DNA of 64,000 nt from Eledone cirrhosa (lineage: Eukaryota). This document shows, one piece after another, positions 1 to 11,439 of this stretch (position 1 is its first letter; each line of letters opens with the position of its first letter). The position numbers were made by a program, and so were the translations under genes. The stretch covers positions 102,176,001 through 102,240,000 of the forward strand of contig OZ024741.1 in the NCBI GenBank assembly GCA_964016885.1, written 5' to 3'. Under the pieces are notes generated by a model. It made no database searches. It was not told the DNA's origin and saw only the letters and a program-made list of their open reading frames with translations.

Positions 1-340
1 GTCTAGGGTGAAAAACTTCATTAGGTGAAAAACTTCATTTTTTCAGCTTTTTAGGGCTTTTTTGAGGCGTTACCTCTAGCCGATTTTCCCGAAATTTCAA
101 AGTATACTATGCACATAAAAAAATTGCATTTTCTTGATCCTCTAGGGCCCGCATTAGGTGAAAACCTACATTTTTCCTGCTTCATCGAGGAAAATCTTAA
201 AGATTATCCAGCCATCAGAGTATTCGGTTTATTTTCTTTACATATTGTCCAGGCATGCAGTTTTTCCACGATTAGGTCTGTTGGCGGCCCGCGTTCCAAA
301 ATACCTTATCCCGTGCAACGCTGGGTACCACTGCCAGGAT
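1..340 (+). mobile_element. Probable 3' end of a non-autonomous Helitron-like element
   Basis: Repeated GGTGAAAA motifs; ends in the short hairpin CCCGTGCAACGCTGGG then TACCACTGCCAG, resembling a degenerate hairpin+CTAG Helitron terminus. Confidence 0.35.
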
Positions 341-378
341 GATATATAATACACACATATATATATACCCCCCCCCCC

Positions 379-432
<54 letters not shown>

Positions 433-433
<1 letters not shown>

Positions 434-545
434 TTCGTTTTTGAGTTTGTTTTGAACATTCTTTTATCTGAAAACGTGTGTTGAAACAGATATTGCTATA
501 CTTTGGTAGGGTCAAGATGCAAATATAAACACACGCATCTGTTAC
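433..545 (-). mobile_element. Diverged PLE terminal fragment (pLTR tail containing the ORF start MTLPKY...)
   Basis: Homologous to 1831-1945 ([18 protein letters not shown] vs [18 protein letters not shown]); abuts (TA)n. Confidence 0.65.
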
Positions 546-999
546 TTGTAATTCAAAGCGCCAGCTTTGTCATATAACGCGCAACGTTGAATCTCTCTGA
601 AAAGTAAATTTAGAGTGTATGAGCAAGATGTTCCTTTGATTGAACAATTGGAACACTCACCATCGAAATCTACAGTAGTCCATTCAATTCTATTTATTTA
701 TCATGCTGTAAAGTTATGAAATTGTAGAAAAATAAAATATTGACGGCAGTTATGTAAGATATATTTTCTCGTTGAGCTGGTAAATAATTAAATCACCGCT
801 GGTGATTAATCAGACAATACAAATCGAATATCTGTAAATTTTATATATTATTTCTAATATTGTTGATTGTCTGTTCTCATGAATGTTTCACTGGGTACCA
901 GTACAATACTAGGGCCTATGCTTTTACTTTTTCTCTTAACACACACAAACTTCCCCCATCTCTGTGTGTGTTAAGGGTTGTTTGTGGAAGACACACTAA

Positions 1000-1430
1000 A
1001 TTATGAGCTGGTCAATCATTTGACTGAACAAGTGAATGAGTGAAAACTTATCGTCGAAACCGACGAAGGATCCAACTCAGAATAATGAAAAGCAAAGCTG
1101 ACAGCGGCTAACCTGAACCTCAACAATAACTCGATCTCGAAGTATTTTAGCACTATATTATGTAGTGCGTGGGTGTTGGGCCTCCGGTTCTTACAACGAC
1201 GAGTGTTTCAGTTGTTCGATTAAAGAAATAATTGGTGAAATTAATGTACAAGTGGCTGAGAGATTCAGCGCAGTAGTTTGTGAATCACAGTTATAACAAT
1301 TTTTCTAGTTGAGAAGACCTAAGCAACGTGAAATAAACTGCCTTGCTCGAGGACATAAGGTGCCTATTGAAATCATACCCAGGACCTTACAATCAAGATA
1401 TGAACACCTTAACCCCTCATCCACAAGCCT
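1000..1430 (-). mobile_element. Degenerate tRNA-derived SINE
   Basis: Reverse strand around 1330-1425 resembles a decayed SINE head and core (TCCTCGAGCAAGGCAGTTTATTTCAC); heavily mutated. Confidence 0.3.
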
Positions 1431-1631
1431 TTACATTATTGTCCTAGTGTTAAATAATAATGGCGAGGGGCAGTTTCATAAAGCCATCCTAATCATTCTC
1501 TAATCTATATACATTGATCTCCCATCCATATATTTGATCTTTTGATGAGAGACAAACGGCAACATAGATAGGCTTGAGACATAGGTGTTCAGAAAAATAA
1601 CACGTAATTAGCGAACTGTTCAGAGTATTAG

Positions 1632-1685
<54 letters not shown>

Positions 1686-1759
1686 ATATGCTGTATATGT
1701 ATATACATACATGTGTGCGTATGGGTGTGTATATATGTATATATACATATATACATGCT

Positions 1760-1834
<75 letters not shown>

Positions 1835-2044
1835 TTTCTGAATTTGTTTAGCAAGATTCTTTATCTGAAATCGTGTGTTGAAACCGATATTGTTATACTT
1901 TGGGAGGGTCATGTTGCCAATAAGAAACACACGCACCAGTTGTTTCACTTCAATTTAATTTAATATATATTTATAAATTTACAAATTTATAAATTTCTGG
2001 TTGGTTGGTTGGTTCCACAACCAGATAGTTGTTTATATATATAT

Positions 2045-2089
2045 AGTCATAGTTCTTTCGTCACACACTCTGTGACCTCTTCAGTGACT
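2045..2089 (-). ncRNA. Minimal type I hammerhead ribozyme of the PLE pLTR (mirror copy)
   Basis: Reverse complement of 5416-5460. Confidence 0.75.
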
Positions 2090-2393
2090 GGGGATTTCTT
2101 TCTTCGTTTCTGTGCCTTTCCTTTCTTCTATCCTACGCCATTTTGTTTGTGTGTGGGTTGCGTGCTCAGTTTGCGCATGCGCCACATCCGGGTGTTTGTG
2201 TGTGTTTGTGTTCATTTTTCTATTTTTCTATTTTTATATTTATATTTGTTTGTTTATTTATTTATTTATTGTTGGTTGGTTGTTTGTTCTATGTGTGTGT
2301 GTGTTTTCATTTTGTCTTGTGTGTGTTTTCATTTTGTGTGTGTTTTCAATTGTAAGTTGTTTATATATGTGTGTGTGTGTTTTCATTTTGTCC

Positions 2394-3773
2394 TTAATTG
2401 TAAGTTGTGATGTTGCTGTTCCACTCATATTTTCTATTTAATTTTGGTTTTAATTCTTTTATGCTTACTGCCTCTGTAATTTGCCTAAACATTGCGTCTT
2501 TCTTGTGTGTGGATTCTATTTTTATTTCTATGCTCTCTAATTTACCCCTGTGTTCTATCTTAGCATGTTGGTAGAGCACAGATGATTCTTTACTATCTTG
2601 GAGGTCTCGCCAGTGTTCATTTATTCGTTCCCCTATACTACGAGCTGTCTCACCTATGTACACTATATTTTTGTTTCTACATTGTCCCTCAGTACATCTT
2701 ATGCTATATACTACATTTCTAGTTTTACAGTTAATATGGGGGCTTATTTTACAGGTTATACATTTCTTATCTATACATGAGGGTCTTTGGAACGGGTATG
2801 TCTTGCTAATAAGTGTTTTTACGGAGGTACCAGGTCTTTCTACTATCTTAATATTGAGATTATGTTTCTTTAGGGCCCTTCTAAATTTGTAGGCTAGTTC
2901 ACCTCTAGGGGTTGTATTGATGAACATTACACTCTGGTATTTATTGCTATCATACCATGAGTTTATTCTATTGGCCTTGTTCTTAGTTCTTTCTATTCTA
3001 TTCCAAAATTTGCTCCTATACAAGGGGCAGGTCCCATTTATGTCATTATTTACCATTTTTTCCCATTTGGTTCTGGCTCCTTTATACACTCTGATTCTAT
3101 CTCTCTGATTGTAGCCAGAGAACTGCATACGGTGGATGAAGTGTTGTATGTGTCTCTCTAGTTCTTCGGGGTTGCACATGCGGGACACATTTCTCATCAC
3201 CCGTATCAAATCCGCAATCAGTATGTTGATTTTGGTATGGTCCGAAATGGCCGAGTTTCGGTGGATCAGATGTTTGGAAGTCATGGGTTTGGCATAATGG
3301 GAATGGAGGATTTGTTTTTGGTTGTTAATAGTATCTAACCAGAGCTCTGTGTCTAGTACAGGTAATCGATGGTTGGGGTGTCTACTTGGGTAGTCTATAG
3401 TAACTCTAATGCTCTGGTGGATGGAGTTTGCTATTTGCTGGATGCTTTCCATTGTGTTTTTCTCAGGTTCCTGACTGTTCTTTAGTGGGGGTGTCTTAAC
3501 TACGATGTTTATATCATCTACGTAGCGGGAGTACATTATCAGGGTTAATCTGTCTTCTAATTGTTCTTTAAGTTTTTGTTTAAGTCTACTGTCCCACCAT
3601 ACCATGAACAAGTTAGCTATGTCGCCTGCAATGCTAACACCAATGGCTGCTCCTTCCTCTTGGGCATATGTTTTACCATTAAATTTGAACATATGTTCCT
3701 TAAGGGTTAATTTTATGCTGGCCCCTACCGCATGTGCAATCATTTTCTTCAACTGAAGAAAATGATTGCACAT
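2394..3773 (-). CDS. PLE polyprotein C-terminal part: reverse transcriptase (YVDD), thumb, Cys-rich linker, GIY-YIG endonuclease; 5'-truncated
   Basis: YAQEEGAAIG, YSRYVDD, LPVLD, CxxxxCxxC, NVVY...YIGETARSIGERINEH, EAVSI...LN; the first ~7 codons derive from the opposite arm. Confidence 0.9.
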   Translation of the reverse strand: MCNHFLQLKKMIAHAVGASIKLTLKEHMFKFNGKTYAQEEGAAIGVSIAGDIANLFMVWWDSRLKQKLKEQLEDRLTLIMYSRYVDDINIVVKTPPLKNSQEPEKNTMESIQQIANSIHQSIRVTIDYPSRHPNHRLPVLDTELWLDTINNQKQILHSHYAKPMTSKHLIHRNSAISDHTKINILIADLIRVMRNVSRMCNPEELERHIQHFIHRMQFSGYNQRDRIRVYKGARTKWEKMVNNDINGTCPLYRSKFWNRIERTKNKANRINSWYDSNKYQSVMFINTTPRGELAYKFRRALKKHNLNIKIVERPGTSVKTLISKTYPFQRPSCIDKKCITCKISPHINCKTRNVVYSIRCTEGQCRNKNIVYIGETARSIGERINEHWRDLQDSKESSVLYQHAKIEHRGKLESIEIKIESTHKKDAMFRQITEAVSIKELKPKLNRKYEWNSNITTYN

Positions 3774-5111
3774 GCGGTAGGGGCCAGCATAAAATTAACC
3801 CTTAAGGAACATATGTTCAAATTTAATGGTAAAACATATGCCCAAGAGGAAGGAGCAGCCATTGGTGTTAGCATTGCAGGCGACATAGCTAACTTGTTCA
3901 TGGTATGGTGGGACAGTAGACTTAAACAAAAACTTAAAGAACAATTAGAAGACAGATTAACCCTGATAATGTACTCCCGCTACGTAGATGATATAAACAT
4001 CGTAGTTAAGACACCCCCACTAAAGAACAGTCAGGAACCTGAGAAAAACACAATGGAAAGCATCCAGCAAATAGCAAACTCCATCCACCAGAGCATTAGA
4101 GTTACTATAGACTACCCAAGTAGACACCCCAACCATCGATTACCTGTACTAGACACAGAGCTCTGGTTAGATACTATTAACAACCAAAAACAAATCCTCC
4201 ATTCCCATTATGCCAAACCCATGACTTCCAAACATCTGATCCACCGAAACTCGGCCATTTCGGACCATACCAAAATCAACATACTGATTGCGGATTTGAT
4301 ACGGGTGATGAGAAATGTGTCCCGCATGTGCAACCCCGAAGAACTAGAGAGACACATACAACACTTCATCCACCGTATGCAGTTCTCTGGCTACAATCAG
4401 AGAGATAGAATCAGAGTGTATAAAGGAGCCAGAACCAAATGGGAAAAAATGGTAAATAATGACATAAATGGGACCTGCCCCTTGTATAGGAGCAAATTTT
4501 GGAATAGAATAGAAAGAACTAAGAACAAGGCCAATAGAATAAACTCATGGTATGATAGCAATAAATACCAGAGTGTAATGTTCATCAATACAACCCCTAG
4601 AGGTGAACTAGCCTACAAATTTAGAAGGGCCCTAAAGAAACATAATCTCAATATTAAGATAGTAGAAAGACCTGGTACCTCCGTAAAAACACTTATTAGC
4701 AAGACATACCCGTTCCAAAGACCCTCATGTATAGATAAGAAATGTATAACCTGTAAAATAAGCCCCCATATTAACTGTAAAACTAGAAATGTAGTATATA
4801 GCATAAGATGTACTGAGGGACAATGTAGAAACAAAAATATAGTGTACATAGGTGAGACAGCTCGTAGTATAGGGGAACGAATAAATGAACACTGGCGAGA
4901 CCTCCAAGATAGTAAAGAATCATCTGTGCTCTACCAACATGCTAAGATAGAACACAGGGGTAAATTAGAGAGCATAGAAATAAAAATAGAATCCACACAC
5001 AAGAAAGACGCAATGTTTAGGCAAATTACAGAGGCAGTAAGCATAAAAGAATTAAAACCAAAATTAAATAGAAAATATGAGTGGAACAGCAACATCACAA
5101 CTTACAATTAA
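3732..5111 (+). CDS. PLE RT + GIY-YIG endonuclease fragment (mirror copy)
   Basis: Protein identical to 2394..3773(-). Confidence 0.9.
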   Translation: MCNHFLQLKKMIAHAVGASIKLTLKEHMFKFNGKTYAQEEGAAIGVSIAGDIANLFMVWWDSRLKQKLKEQLEDRLTLIMYSRYVDDINIVVKTPPLKNSQEPEKNTMESIQQIANSIHQSIRVTIDYPSRHPNHRLPVLDTELWLDTINNQKQILHSHYAKPMTSKHLIHRNSAISDHTKINILIADLIRVMRNVSRMCNPEELERHIQHFIHRMQFSGYNQRDRIRVYKGARTKWEKMVNNDINGTCPLYRSKFWNRIERTKNKANRINSWYDSNKYQSVMFINTTPRGELAYKFRRALKKHNLNIKIVERPGTSVKTLISKTYPFQRPSCIDKKCITCKISPHINCKTRNVVYSIRCTEGQCRNKNIVYIGETARSIGERINEHWRDLQDSKESSVLYQHAKIEHRGKLESIEIKIESTHKKDAMFRQITEAVSIKELKPKLNRKYEWNSNITTYN

Positions 5112-5415
5112 GGACAAAATGAAAACACACACACACATATATAAACAACTTACAATTGAAAACACACACAAAATGAAAACACACACAAGACAAAATGAAA
5201 ACACACACACACATAGAACAAACAACCAACCAACAATAAATAAATAAATAAACAAACAAATATAAATATAAAAATAGAAAAATAGAAAAATGAACACAAA
5301 CACACACAAACACCCGGATGTGGCGCATGCGCAAACTGAGCACGCAACCCACACACAAACAAAATGGCGTAGGATAGAAGAAAGGAAAGGCACAGAAACG
5401 AAGAAAGAAATCCCC

Positions 5416-5460
5416 AGTCACTGAAGAGGTCACAGAGTGTGTGACGAAAGAACTATGACT
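5416..5460 (+). ncRNA. Minimal type I hammerhead ribozyme of the PLE pLTR
   Basis: AGTCA-CTGAAGA-g-GTCACA gagtg TGTGAC-GAAA-gaac-TA-TGACT: stem I, CUGANGA core, stem II, GAAA, tiny stem III, UH site. Confidence 0.75.
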
Positions 5461-5610
5461 ATATATATATAAACAACTATCTGGTTGTGGAACCAACCAA
5501 CCAACCAGAAATTTATAAATTTGTAAATTTATAAATATATATTAAATTAAATTGAAGTGAAACAACTGGTGCGTGTGTTTCTTATTGGCAACATGACCCT
5601 CCCAAAGTAT

Positions 5611-5642
<32 letters not shown>

Positions 5643-5939
5643 TCGTGTCATATATAACATGAAACAGGTGAGCATCACGAATCAATTAGCTGACGTTGAT
5701 TAGTCAACACTCAGAACGAAATAAGACTAAACTAATTTGTCAAGGGACCTTATTGGATTTTACACTTACTTTTATGTTTAATTCGACAATCAGCAAGGTT
5801 TTGTATATTTTACACACACAGACACACTCACGGACACTGACACACACACACACACTCATACACACGCACGCACAAACACACACATGCATAACCGCCACAC
5901 ACAATTCGATTTCGTCGACGCCCAGAGTTTCTTCGAGAA

Positions 5940-6950
5940 CATCGTTACTCGTGATCACACCTAGTATTCTATCGACATTGAGATTTCTACTGACCGCATT
6001 ACCCGACTGGTAAAGGGCTGTGAGCGCCTAACAACATTCCGGATGGCAGGCGCCCAGTCTCGGTCTTCGCTTGACCCACGACTACAGCTTACTCAAAGAG
6101 ATGCGCTGCGGAAAGACATATCTGACAAAGGGTGACCACACCTGTTCACCGGTTAGGAATATCTGGAGATGACGTAACCTCAGCGCATGTCTGTGCACTG
6201 TCAACCAGGACATGCTTACCTCCTACTCGACTCGAACAGTCATGCTAAGTGCTGCCGAAAAAGCCGCACACATCCGCTTGGAATCGAGCAGCACGGATCC
6301 GTCTTTGTCCACCAAAGACTGAATTGCGGTATTGTGTCCACGCTGCGGTTCCGTCACTTGCTCCCTCATTTCTTAGAGCACGTACCTTATTTCTGACAAT
6401 GCAGCCTTCATGTTTCACATTGAAGAAATGGTCAAGTGTCATTCTCGCTGCTAGCACGTCGGTTGCAATACCACTTCTAATTGCCTTTTCTAATTTTGAT
6501 TCTAACTGGCCGTCCATTCTCCCTTTTCCTATCGCTATTTCATTACTAAATGCTATTGAGGGTGCCCCACTAACTCTTGTTGACGACTGGCCCTGTAAAC
6601 TGGTGCTTAACTAATGTGCTGTAGGCTTTATACACAGGGAATTACGCGTTAATTTTCCAGTAACCGGATCTCTGTCTAAGTGTCCTATCTATGTCGACCA
6701 TGCACATTACACATTTATAGTCTGAATAGGTGACCGTTTGAAATTGTGGACGCCCTATGCTATCCCTATCTGCTAACCCAATGAAAAACCTATTTAAATA
6801 CGATTTAGATGACTCTATGCGATTGTTATAGATCCACACTTGTGCATTCAGGAAGTCAAGTCGTTACCTGTCAGACAGTTGGAACTGCCTGATCAGGTTT
6901 CTGAGACTTTTGTACACCCCGCTTCTATCGGATACTCCCACACGGTAGTT
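5940..6950 (-). pseudogene. Decayed, internally deleted Tx1/L1-clade ORF2 relic
   Basis: Peptides RQRSGYWKINA, KHEGCIVRNKVRALRNEG and LRLRHLQIFLTG match ORF2 of the intact copy at 25928-29365. Confidence 0.85.
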
Positions 6951-7439
6951 TTGGCTTTTGTGTGTTTGCCGCTTAATTAATTTAACCGCTTGCGCCCAAT
7001 GTTCGTCATTTTTTGTATGTCTATAGTGAATAATTATATTTTTTTACAAAAATTGAGGGGCGTGTTTGCTAAAGAAAACCGGGGTTAGACCCTAAGCGTC
7101 ACAGATGGAGAAAAGTTAATCAGTTCCCTAGGGTTCTTGTTAGTTTTTCTATAAAACGGCAACAAATGTTCAATATTTAACTTTGTGTAACAATAGGAAT
7201 AATAACAAACTTACAGGAGCGATGTGCAACACATGTCGGCAAGCGAACGAACAGAATAATAATAAAAACTATGATGATAAAACCAACAAGATATACAGAT
7301 AATACAATATAACAAAATATAATATAATAGTATATAATGCAGACGAGTTGAAATGTTGGTTTCAAATTTCGCAATTTTTTTTTCATGTAAATGTATAATG
7401 AAACCAAAGAATTGAAAAAGGAAATCAAAACTTCGAAAC

Positions 7440-8400
<961 letters not shown>

Positions 8401-8981
8401 CAGAGACAAAATCTTTCTTCCTACTATTGTTCCTTCCATGTTTTTTTGCCTCCAATTTAGTTCTACCTGCAGGAAATATTTTAATTGTTGTAATTCTAAT
8501 CTTATTTTATTCTGCTTATTCAGATTGTGCGTCTCTTTTTTCATTTTTACATTAAATCCTGTTCTGTTTTTATACGCACAAGCTCTTATGATGGAGATTT
8601 TGTGTAGTTTTGAGAAATTAAATGAATAAACAAACAATAAAAAAACAAACATATATGCATACACCACTTTACAGAAATTAGCCTAATATTCTAGTACAAT
8701 TCCTCATCGTCAGATAGTTATTGTTATTGTTATTGTTATTGGGAGCTCCGGCCATTTGTTGCTTGAAAGTGGTTTGTTTGTCAAGACGAACAAAACGTTC
8801 TCCTCTCTCTGCTACACTTCTTCAAGAAAAGTACACTGCCCACAGGCATTGTTTACTGTATCAACAACACAGGAAAATTGGAAGCTGGAATTTGTATTAA
8901 ACCTACCAAGATATTCCATTGCGATTCCTGACTAAAATACACGATCAGTTTGTTTTTATAACCACAAGGGTGACAGAAGAC

Positions 8982-9048
<67 letters not shown>

Positions 9049-9689
9049 GAGAGAGCGAGAGAGGTGGGGAAAGAAAGAGACAGTGCTGCACGTTTGGTCT
9101 TACACTGTGTTGTGAAGTAAAGACTTTGAGTTCGAAACCACATTTTCGGATAGGATACCCTTATTTAAACATCTTATTTAATGTGTTGACTAGTTAGGAA
9201 GGGAGAGGGAAGTACACATGAAGGCATAATATTACTACTGAAAAGAAGTCATATTAGTGGTTGAAATAATACATTAGGTTATAAGATATTTCTTCGTAGT
9301 ATATTTTTTTAATTCCGAGAAATACAAATACAACAACAACAACAAGAGCAAGAGCAACAGCAACAACAACAAGATTCACAACAAAAGCAGTCACCGCAAC
9401 AACAGTCGCAACAACAATAGTTACTGCAACAGTCATAACAACAACAAAAACAGCAGCACCAGCAATAACAACAGCACACAACAAAACAGTAACAACAACA
9501 GTAGTAGCAAAAGCTACGACCACCATAGCAACAACAGCCACAACAATAACAGCAACAATCTCACATTGAAAAGTGGGTTTTATGTAGAGAACTAGATAAC
9601 AGATTAGAAGGGTTTTGCTACAGGGAATGTGTAAGAAAAAACAATAAAGAAACAAAACGAAAAATAAAATGGAATGGAGGCCATCTTGA

Positions 9690-9870
9690 AATTTTTGTTT
9701 GTTTCAAGTCACGTATGCATGTTGTGACAGAGACCCTGAGCAGCATTTTTCTTTATCAATTCACGTATGTTGTGACTAAGATTCTAAGCAACATTTTGTG
9801 TCATGTCAGGCAGGCATATCGTGACGTAGTTTTTGAGCTACATTTTGTGTCTAGTCACGTATGACTTGGG
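9690..9870. repeat. Diverged minisatellite, ~55-bp unit, 3-4 copies
   Basis: Recurrent TTTTGTGTC..GTCACGTATG..GTGAC....GAGC.ACA. Confidence 0.55.
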
Positions 9871-10384
9871 TACATAAAACCTGGTGGAGCCTATCACTCT
9901 CAAATCTTGAGCATGGTGTACTACGAATAACTCGAAGGACTGAATGAAAAATTGAAAGAAATAAGGGACTTTCTACTCAATAGAAAGGGTGTTATCACGA
10001 CAACGCCCGACCTCGTAGTGTAAGAATTCCATATTTCAAGATTGCGGAACTTGGTTGGGAAAGGCTTCCACATCCTCCATATTCTCCTGACCTTGCTCCA
10101 TCTGATTATCACTTATTCCGAAGTTTGCAACATTTTATTAATCGAGAGAAGTACAATGACTTAGAGGCACTTGAAATATACCTATGCGGTATATACCTAC
10201 GCATGGCATAAAAACCTTTTACAACGTTGGAAGAATGTTATTGCTTTAGATTAGGAATATATACTTGATTAAATTAGTGTGTAACATGCGTTTTTATCTA
10301 TTCAAAACCTACTACCAAAAAAGACATCACTTATGGGATGATCTGATATGAATGAATATATATATATATATGTGTGTGTATGTA

Positions 10385-10465
<81 letters not shown>

Positions 10466-11357
10466 CGGCGATCAGTGGAGACTCCACTTCGACATTCTAT
10501 AGCGGGTTGATCCGCAGCAAGTGCGATGACACGTTCGGAGAAACTCTAGGCGTAGAGGAGGACGAACTGGCCAGTCTGTTCGGTAGGACCTTCCGCCCGG
10601 GACCAATGGACAACTTCCAAAAGTCCCTGGCCGGGCAGTGCTACCGAAGAGCTCTACCAGTTCGAGACAAGCTCTACAGACACGGGCGCCTGGGTAGGGA
10701 CCCTTCGAAAAAGATCTGTCCGAGATGCGTGCGCGACGAGGCAACCGCCGCACACGCATTTGTACACTGCCCGGGCGTTACCGACCTGTGGGGCTATGTA
10801 GAACGACTATTGTCGCGGGTGGGACCAATCCAGTTGACGACCGAGTCCATTGTCATGATCAAACCGCCAGCCTCCTTCAAAAACGAGGGAGAGGCGGTTT
10901 TCCTATGTGTTATGGCTATGGTGAAAGAGGTTATATGGTGGACGAGGTTAAAAGGGCTGAGGTCAGACACCTTTCTCTCCGGCGAGCAACTGATTCGTTT
11001 TTTCAAATATCATTTTGGAAGAAGAATCAGGATGGAGAGAGAGGTGCTGTACTCAGCAAATTTTATAAATGGTGGGTGAATGTGGCAAAGATGGCCCGAG
11101 TGGTTGGGCCTTCTCTCTATATAAGCTTGTAGGTTGAGCAAAAAGAGGAAGAGAGGAAGGGAGTACTCACTCTTGGTGCTCCTGGGGTTGTACATTTTTT
11201 CGGGGTGTGTACAACCCCTGTGTAACACCTCCCCCCTAATGGAGATTTCAATTGTTATTTGTTATTGTATTAATAGTTTTATTTTTATATACCTGTATGT
11301 AAACTCCCCATTTGTATTTGTCCCCTTCTTTTGCGCCCTTGAAGCTAATAAAGAAAT
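10466..11357 (+). mobile_element. Tx1/L1-clade LINE copy A, 5'-truncated, between (TCTA)n tracts
   Basis: Encodes ORF2 C-terminus (GPMDNFQKSLA, CPRC...HAFVHC); ends AATAAAGAAAT then (TCTA)n; (TCTA)n upstream at 10386-10460. Confidence 0.92.
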
Positions 11358-11427
<70 letters not shown>

Positions 11428-11439
11428 ATCTATCTACTA

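Larger units (their letters stand above)
1831..5618. mobile_element. 5'-truncated Penelope-like element present as a palindrome (arms 1887-3751 and 3754-5618, 2-nt centre AC), inserted in (TA)n
   Basis: Mirror coordinates sum to 7505 for all ORFs; identical 459-aa translations on both strands; left arm extends 56 nt further (to 1831); (TA)n on both sides. Confidence 0.95.

Noticed and set aside
8672-8930. Candidate minus-strand exon
   Set aside because: The donor reads GTAAAG and the acceptor is weak; insufficient support
9690-9870. CRISPR-like array
   Set aside because: Eukaryotic context; units are diverged along their whole length with no repeat-spacer alternation
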